Of a stretch of DNA of 64,000 nt, positions 56,162-64,000 are shown piece after piece. The notes beneath the pieces were generated by a model. It saw only the letters and a program-made list of their open reading frames with translations, had not been told where the DNA came from and ran no database searches. Numbering within the stretch: position 1 is the first letter of the stretch; every line of letters starts with the position of its first letter. The stretch is from Macrostomum lignano (Eukaryota): the NCBI GenBank assembly GCA_002269645.1, contig NIVC01000166.1:248001-312000 (forward strand), given 5' to 3'. Both the position numbers and the translations under genes were made by a program.

Positions 56162-56919
56162 AAAAGGGCAGTTTGACGAGAATTGTCGTAAGTTGTTGTA
56201 GTCCCAAAATGACTCAAAGCCAATTCTTGCAAAGCGGATTGTGTAGCGGAGCACTTGGCGTATAAGGGCAGGAAACTGCCGTAGCTAATTTATTGTCGAG
56301 ATCAGTATTAGACTGGTCAATATCAATACAAAACTTATAGTGTTCTGGGCACTGGCGGCTGCAACAATGGTTTTGAAGTGATTAGAATATGAAGTCGAGT
56401 AGCAGGCGAAGGATACAATGGCGACGCAACGTAGTGAGTGATGTCGATGAGCACAGTGAAGGCAGTGAGTAGTAAGTAGACAGGCAGATAAGTAGCGGTG
56501 AGAGTGGCGTTAGCCGTGGCAGTACACAGTGGAGTACAGAGTGTAAACAGGCTGGCCCAGACAGAGGAGCCGTGGCGAGAGATAAGGAGGCTCGAGGCAG
56601 CCAGGAGAGAGAGAAGGAAAACGAGACGAAAACACAAGGGCCGCAAGTGAAGACCCCCCAGGCCGCCGCCAGGCGGGGGTTAATAAAGGGGCGCAGAAGG
56701 GTTAGCATAAAACACGGAGAGTTTTCATTGGCTGGCGAGAGAACTTGAAATTATCGATCGTGCTAAAATTTACAGACGAACGCAAGGCCTACCAAATACA
56801 CAGTGAATTAGCCATTGATACAGATTATTTGCACGCTACTACAAGTAAAAGTTAAAATAAATTATTGGAGAAATTAAAATGAGAAATTGCAAGGGAAACT
56901 ACAGTCCAACGGCCCTTTT
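56162..56919. mobile_element. ~760-bp insertion between gag and pol with imperfect 16-bp terminal inverted repeats
   Basis: AAAAGGGCAGTTTGAC (56162) vs the reverse complement of 56904-56919, AAAAGGGCCGTTGGAC (14/16). No target-site duplication found. Confidence 0.45.
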
Positions 56920-56989
56920 GCGGGACCACTTATACTAGCAACGGCACACGCCTGACCAGGCTGACAGCTGCTGAGGCGTGGAGTGGAGG

Positions 56990-58115
56990 CCGAGTGTCTT
57001 AGTGCTGAGAGGGCCGGTGCTGGCCTCGCGGACCAGCCTTCTCGGCGTTTGGGCAGTTGCGTCGAATATGGCCGAGCTGACCGCAGCTGTAGCAGACTGT
57101 TTTCTCCAGTCGTTGCTGTCCTCCGGTGCTCGACTGCTGCGGCATCAGCGGTCTTGGTAGCTCAGTCGATCTTGGAGGCCTCGGTGGTGTTGGCGGGTAG
57201 GCGACATCTGCGGCTGCACTAGACCGGTACTCATGTACGCCCGCGTTTCCCGAAGCTGCTGGGCGAAGCGTAGTGCCTGCTCCACAGTGTGTGGCGGAGT
57301 TGCATGGTTGAGCAGTCGCTCAGTGACGTAGCTGTCGTTTAGGCCTTGCATGAACTGCTCGAGAACTATCTGCTGCACAAAGACCTGGGCTCCCGGGTCC
57401 GGATGGGCCCGAACAGCCAACTGTTGGAGCTCCGTCAGGTACTTCTCAAAGCTCTCGTCAGGTTTCCGATGTCAAGCACGGAACTCGCGTCGAAGAAGGG
57501 CTGCACTCTTGGCACCACCGTGACGTGAGCGGAGGTGTTCTACCAGGTCTTCGTAGTACACCCCAGGTAGCTGATCCAATGTTGACCTGGGCGGAAGACC
57601 GACGTACGCGCACTGCATTGCCAGCCAGGCAGTGTGTACGTTGCGAATGCCGGTCCGAGATAAGCTGTCAGGGTATTGACCTTCTCGATGTCCGGGAGGC
57701 CGGGGAATCGACCAATGTGAGCGCCGATCCTGACGAGGAAGTCGTCGAAGTCTTCACGACCGTTGTATGGCGGAGGATTGGGCACCGAAGACAGAGCAAG
57801 CCGGTGATTTGCCACTGGCAGCGCTGCATAAGCCAGGTTGTTAGGCGGGGCGTATTCCAGCTCCGGGACATGACGAGCTTGACGTTGAACGTGCTCATGG
57901 AACGGGTTTGTTGAATACGACTCCGGCCGTGTCGTCCGTGGATCTTCGTCTGCGATGAACGGGTTGGTCGATCTGCTGGCTGCTGCAGACACAAACGGGT
58001 TGTATGAACTCGAACTGGACGCGATGCTTGACTCGGCTGCTGTAGCTGCATCTGCCGCGTTTGCTCGTCTGACGAGCCGTCCTCGAAGCTCCAGGAAGTC
58101 GTCGTCGTTCCACAT
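56990..58115 (-). pseudogene. Gypsy gag, frameshifted
   Basis: PPPYNGREDFDDFL and QFMQGL capsid-like motifs, plus the zinc knuckle CYSCGQLGHIRRNC (~57055-57100). The pieces lie in different frames. Confidence 0.8.
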
Positions 58116-58130
58116 GATGAAACACTAGCG

Positions 58131-58139
58131 TGGTCGCCA
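58131..58139 (-). promoter_or_regulatory. Primer-binding site of the Gypsy element
   Basis: TGGCGACCA, 2 nt after the LTR-terminal CA and upstream of the gag ATG at 58115. Confidence 0.75.
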
Positions 58140-58499
58140 AATGTAGATACCCAAGTCGCCGTTTGAAATACGAGTGACGAAGTCGTGCAGGCAATTCTGG
58201 TCGGCTGTGCTCACTTAGCCGAGGGGAGAAAGTCTTAAAAGATTCCTGCTCAAACCATTACTGTATTTTTAACCATTGGCGATGTTTTGCAGACAGCGTG
58301 CGAGGCTTAAAAGCGTAATTCACGCGCGGGAATAAAATCAATTCCAGAATACATTCAAATATTTGGAAACTAAGCGAGTCGGAGAAAAGAATGCGACTGC
58401 GCAACGCATTTGTTTCCCGATCGATATTCAGATTGATATTCGAAAACTAACAAAATCTCTGCTCTGCAAAAATATTTTAGAACGCCGTTTGACAGGAAA

Positions 58500-61400
58500 A
58501 AAAGTGCAACCAAGAACATTGCAAAAATTAAGTTTCAGCTTGATCCATCACTCTGGCTCGAAATGGCACCGATTTTCGATGTGCTCCCATTTAAAATACA
58601 TGTGATTTTATAAGGCAGATCGATATTCGAGTTCGCTCACTTTGGCTTGACCATTCAACATGAAATTTTACACACTAAAAAGTGCAACTCAGAAACCGAT
58701 AAATATACAGTTTCAGCTCGATCAGTCATTCTGGCTCGAAATGGCACCGATTTTCGATGTGCTCCCATTTAAAATACATGTGATTTTATAAGGCAGATCG
58801 ATATTCGAGTTCGCTCACTTTGGCTTGACCATTCAACATGAAATTTTACACACTAAAAAGTGCAACTCAGAAACCGATAAATATACAGTTTCAGCTCGAT
58901 CAGTCACTCTGGCTCGAAATGGCACCGATTTTCGATGTGCTCCCATTTAAAATACATGTGATTTTATAAGGCAGATCGATATTCGAGTTCGCTCACTTTG
59001 GCTTGACCATTCGACTCGAAGTTTTGTTCCATTTTGATAGCAAACATTTTTTTTATCTTGCTCATTTATTTTACGCAGGAGGCAGAACATTGTTAAGTTC
59101 GGATGTTGGTGCATTCAGAAAAGTATATACAATGAGGAACGCGAAATCTATAGCTCTCGTATATAGCTCACAGAAGGCAGGTTGCGGATCTAAGTAGGGG
59201 TTGCAAATCTTATTCAGCTTCCCGAAGAATGGTGTTTCCTAAGCAATACTAAGCAAGCAGTACATTCTATTTATTGCCTCGTCTTGCAATTTCCAGCAGC
59301 TATGTGAGAATTACCTTACTTATTAAATTAAGACTTTAAGCAGGGGGGCAACAGCCCTCGGCCCCAGGGCCAGATCCAGCCCAATTCCAATCCGCCCCCA
59401 AGGCCCTTTTTGATCTAGCATTGCATTAGGCCCCACTCAAGAAATTCCTGGATCCGCACCTGACTGATGGAGTATGAGAATTTGTAATGGAAAAATATAA
59501 CAATAAAAACGGTGCGATTGCACGGACGATGAGATACGCGATTCATAATTCCTACTATACGATTGCCTGTATGCTTTAAGAAACAGTCTAGATGTACTCG
59601 TAAAATTAAAAAAGCGCTGGTTAAATTCACTAGTTTGCTGTTGCTTCGTTCGTTCAGATAGAAAATAAGTTTTGGCAGCTCGAACAGATAAAGGTGTCGG
59701 TCGGGCCACTGGCCACGCATTTGTCGTGGTACCAATTCAGGCAGGATGGGCATTCAATCTGTAGTAGGTAATTTAATTTCAGCGTTAAATGGGGTTTCCC
59801 CAACTTTTATTTAGCATATCAGTAATGGTTAATTACTTCCTTTTTAGCTTTTTTTGCCACTGTTGGCTACCTACAGTGAAATGGTTTTAGTACTAGCTAC
59901 TTATCGGCGATATATCGTTAATACTCGTAGATTAGCCTATTTCCGGAAATAACGACTTCAACGAAGAGCAGCATAACTATAGTAAATTTTTTATTGTACA
60001 AGATGTGACTCGTGAGCTAAAAATTCGAAACGTGACATGCATCGGTGACAATAGAACACTAGCAAGAGTCTATTTAAGTCCTGGATGTATTTTATGGAAC
60101 TCTAACAACATACTGGCGAAGCCAGCATAACGTGTTTGCCTCCTTCATCCACACATGTTAGGGTAGTTCTCAAATTAAGGTCATGATGTTTTGGTACAGA
60201 AAAAAAGTTTTCGAATAAAGTAATTGTTTTGTGAAAAACGATTATTTCGTCAATTTAATTAAAAAACTGCCATTAAAACCACAAGAAACTAAACATTTCA
60301 GACGAAATCTAGCAATTTGTTATTTTTCGCAACGGAGAATAAAACGACCAAAAATCGTGAAATAGTGCAAGTTTTCTTTAATTTTTATGGTTAAGATGCA
60401 TCTTTTATTCTATTTTTACTATTTAATAAGGATTATTTCAATAGAAAATGTTATTTTTAAATCAATATTTTGTTTTTTTCGTCTAAATTGCTTGTATTTA
60501 AAATTATCGCGTAACAAGAAACACCCGAAATAATTGTTATTGTACAACTCAAAGACTTGAATTATTGTACTTAGCACCTAAATATGAAGCTCAAAATCTA
60601 CAAAGATTGTTTCGCTAGAAATTAGGTTTACAAAATATGTCTTTTAATGCATTAAAAGTCTTTTGAATTATAATATATATAGTAAATGAGCTAGGACGCC
60701 ATTTCTTTTAAAACCTGAAATACATGTATCTTTTTTCGAACAGACTTGCGTTTTCTTTTGAAAAAAGAATTCAGCAAGCATTTATATTCTGCAACATAGC
60801 TTTTAATGCTATTTTACTATTTTACAATTTTCTTATGCAATTAGCTAGGCTGCACATAATAGAACAGCTTTATTAATTTAAATTAAGTAGTTTGGGCTTG
60901 GTAAGTTAATTGGCCTATTACAGACGTCTGACTCGGCAGCCGCATGGATCACTGTGAACCTCCTTAATCGATTCTGGTCCTGCACTGTCATGCTCGGTGC
61001 AATTCGTCTCATTTGATAACCACCGATGCCTGCAGAACTGACCACATCCAAAGTACCACTGTACAATGATGCGAGAGGTGTGCGGTTTGCAGTGCTTTAG
61101 CCAATTGGGTCAGTAGAATTAATTAATCGATCACATTAGAATAAAAGTAGATGTCGTTTGCTGTAAAAAGTAGACGTCATATGTAACAAACCAATAGCAA
61201 GACATTATTAGATGTCTTTCCCTTCTACTGATGCTCGCATCAGCTGGCTGCCTCCACAGGCCACAGCTCATCACATTCCCTGTTAATCGCCGCTCCAGTG
61301 CTGTCAGCCGCACTTAACTGTGTCCGGCCTCGGTAAATATAGAGTCAGTCCCAATGGAAAATCATCATCTAAAACATATCTAAAGCGTAAGTCAATCGAA

Positions 61401-64000
61401 GAAGAATATAAATATATTATGTCTGTTATTATGGTGCTGCCATGACTTATCTGTTAAATACTTCAAAAATTCGTGTGGTAGCACTCTGTATAGATTCCAT
61501 CTTTCTGTACCATATTTAATATTACATTGCCAGCACAATGGCAAGTTTTTTATTTTATTTTTTTCTTGTTAGTAACTATCCATCAAAAGGTGGAAAGTAT
61601 CAACTGAATGTTTAAGTTGCTACATGTCTATCTTTAATGAAGTGCAGCACATATGAGAATAAATTTAATGTTTAAAAGAAATTAATTTCTTGTGCTTCAG
61701 ACAGCTAATTTCATTGATAATAAATCAGATACAAAATTGTTTTAATACTATTTTTTGACTAATCAAATCATGCAATTGTTTTTATTATTCGTAAATCTTA
61801 CTTTATTTTCAGTTTCTACTATGTACCTCTTGTTTTGACTAATTATGTTTACTTGTAACTTACACTACAAATTTTAAATCAGTTAAAATGTCTTTTCTGA
61901 GTGAAAACAACAAAAATTAACGACTGTTTCCAAGAGAAAAATAGTCGATTTTAGCTAAATAAATCAAATTCTGTTTGTTCTGACTAACATAGTGGGTGAT
62001 CAATTGCAAAAATTCATCTAAATACATGAAAAAACATCCAAAAAACCTAACAATGTGCTGAGAAATTTTTTTTCTTAACTAGAGACAAAAAAGAGGTACT
62101 TTTTCTCATCCCACAGATGAAGGCTTTGAATTAAAATAATTTTGGTGCTACTTGCTTTGTTGTAGTCAGCTAAATCGCTCTTTGTTAGGTTAATTTTGTG
62201 CTATTGAAAAAAACTTAAAATTGAATTAAATTAACTTTTCTGTTTTATTATAGAATGAAACTGCCTTAACTGACACTTTAGTGTTAGATATGACTATCTT
62301 TCTTAAAAAACAGATTAACACGCAGCTAGTAGCCGATTCTATCAACAGAACAAATAAAATTAAAAGTGGATTTTTTATCATTCATAATGTTACGTTTCTA
62401 GCAAAAATCGAAATAGCAACATCTGCTTTGCAATCAAAAGAGTTAAATGGGTTTTAGGTTGTACTAACCAAAGAAATAAATAACATTTATTAGTTTTCTT
62501 CTTTAATAAGACCACGTGAACAGAATGCAGCTTCTCTAAAGTGGGTATTATAGCTCGTGCGATAATAAAAATTATATCGAAAAATGAAATAGTGCACTCT
62601 GTTGAGATTGACATCAAAAGTTCAATGTGAAAAAAGATTAAGACCCATAAAAGGCGTTTATTTTTAAACTCTTTTTACAGCTAAAATGAGAAATGACTCA
62701 ATATTTCAGGCTGAATTTTAAAAATATTTGTTTCACTGCTTACGACTAAACTTTGAGAACGACCCGTTAGCGAACGTAGATTACTTGTTTTCAAAAGTTT
62801 CCCCGAACTTAGTTAATCAATATAAATGAGGCCAAAACAATGTTCTGCCTTCCTGCGTAAAATAAATGAGCAAGATAAAAAAATATTTGCTATCAAAATG
62901 TAACAAAATTTTGAGTCGAATGGTCAAGCGAAGCCAAAGTGAGCGAACTCGAATATCGATCTGCCTTATAAAATCACATGTATTTTAAATGGGAGCACAT
63001 CGAAAATCGGTGCCATTTCGAGCCAGAATGACTGATCGAGCTGAAACTGTATATTTATCGGTTTCTGAGTTGCACTTTTTAGTGTGTAAAATTTCATGTT
63101 GAATGGTCAAGCCAAAGTGAGCGAACTCGAATATCGATCTGCCTTATAAAATCACATGTATTTTAAATGGGAGCACATCGAAAATCGGTGCCATTTCGAG
63201 CCAGAGTGACTGATCGAGCTGAAACTGTATATTTATCGGTTTCTGAGTTGCACTTTTTAGTGTGTAAAATTTCATGTTGAATGGTCAAGCCAAAGTGAGC
63301 GAACTCGAATATCGATCTGCCTTATAAAATCACATGTATTTTAAATGGGAGCACATCGAAAATCGGTGCCATTTCGAGCCAGAATGACTGATCGAGCTGA
63401 AACTGTATATTTATCGGTTTCTGAGTTGCACTTTTTAGTGTGTAAAATTTCATGTTGAATGGTCAAGCCAAAGTGAGCGAACTCGAATATCGATCTGCCT
63501 TATAAAATCACATGTATTTTAAATGGGAGCACATCGAAAATCGGTGCCATTTCGAGCCAGAATGACGGATCGAGCTGAAACTGCACATTTATCGGTTTCT
63601 GAGTTGCACTTTTTAGTGTGTAAAATTTCATGTTGAATGGTCAAGCCAAAGTGAGCGAACTCGAATATCGATCTGCCTTATAAAATCACATGTATTTTAA
63701 ATGGGAGCACATCGAAAATCGGTGCCATTTCGAGCCAGAATGACGGATCGAGCTGAAACTGCACATTTATCGGTTTCTGAGTTGCACTTTTTAGTGTGTA
63801 AAATTTCATGTTGAATGGTCAAGCCAAAGTGAGCGAACTCGAATATCGATCTGCCTTATAAAATCACATGTATTTTAAATGGGAGCACATCGAAAATCGG
63901 TGCCATTTCGAGCCAGAATGACTGATCGAGCTGAAACTGTATATTTATCGGTTTCTGAGTTGCACTTTTTAGTGTGTAAAATTTCATGTTGAATGGTCAA
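58500..64000. mobile_element. Foldback-like element: long inverted arms built of 178-bp tandem repeats (left ~58500-59095, right 62838 to beyond 64000) around an AT-rich core without long ORFs
   Basis: 178-bp period on both arms, in opposite orientation (~2.6 and at least 6 copies). The ~85 bp of unique sequence inside each array are also inverted copies of each other. Confidence 0.8.
59365..59461. mobile_element. Possible tiny MITE remnant
   Basis: CAGGGCCAGATCCAG ... CTGGATCCGCACCTG imperfect inverted ends (12/15). Confidence 0.35.

Larger units (their letters stand above)
52700..58350 (-). mobile_element. Ty3/Gypsy LTR retrotransposon, 3' end deleted, 5' LTR extent uncertain
   Basis: PBS TGGCGACCA at 58139-58131 right after an LTR-like ...CTACA end. 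Gag with a zinc knuckle, then the PR-RT-RH-IN order typical of Gypsy. Confidence 0.93.

Noticed and set aside
58142-58353. Complete 5' LTR bounded by TGTA...TACA
   Set aside because: There is no second LTR to compare, so the far boundary is a guess. Only the PBS-adjacent end is supported.
60878-61340. Exon-like GC-richer patch inside the foldback core, considered as a transposase remnant
   Set aside because: Only short ORFs, with no DDE, zinc-finger or other transposase motif recognised.
1-64000. Protein-primed DNA polymerase B, cysteine protease, tRNA and rRNA genes
   Set aside because: Looked for on both strands and no supporting motifs were seen in this window.

Overview
Animal genomic DNA. 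GC-rich exons are separated by minisatellite-filled introns. The style resembles a flatworm such as Macrostomum, but this is an unverified inference. Three things are present. (1) Two different endogenous Maverick/Polinton (adintovirus-like) elements. The one at the left edge (1 to ~5.6 kb) carries a packaging ATPase, core-like proteins, major and minor capsid genes and a palindromic repeat array. The second (~45.9-52.7 kb) carries an integrase with chromodomain, a minor capsid, a pVII-like core protein, a truncated major capsid and a divergent TATA-binding-protein (TBP)-like ORF. In this second element a TATA box lies upstream of nearly every ORF. (2) A run of spliced host genes on the minus strand: SERAC1, RPA3, an LDLa-like membrane protein, PLPBP, neurochondrin and GNPTG. 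An EGF-TM gene is nested antisense in a SERAC1 intron. (3) A 3'-truncated Ty3/Gypsy retrotransposon fused to the second Maverick's capsid gene, followed by a foldback-like element with inverted arrays of 178-bp repeats. All homology calls come from motif recognition by eye, and no searches were run. Exon boundaries were inferred from GT/AG sites and reading-frame phase.
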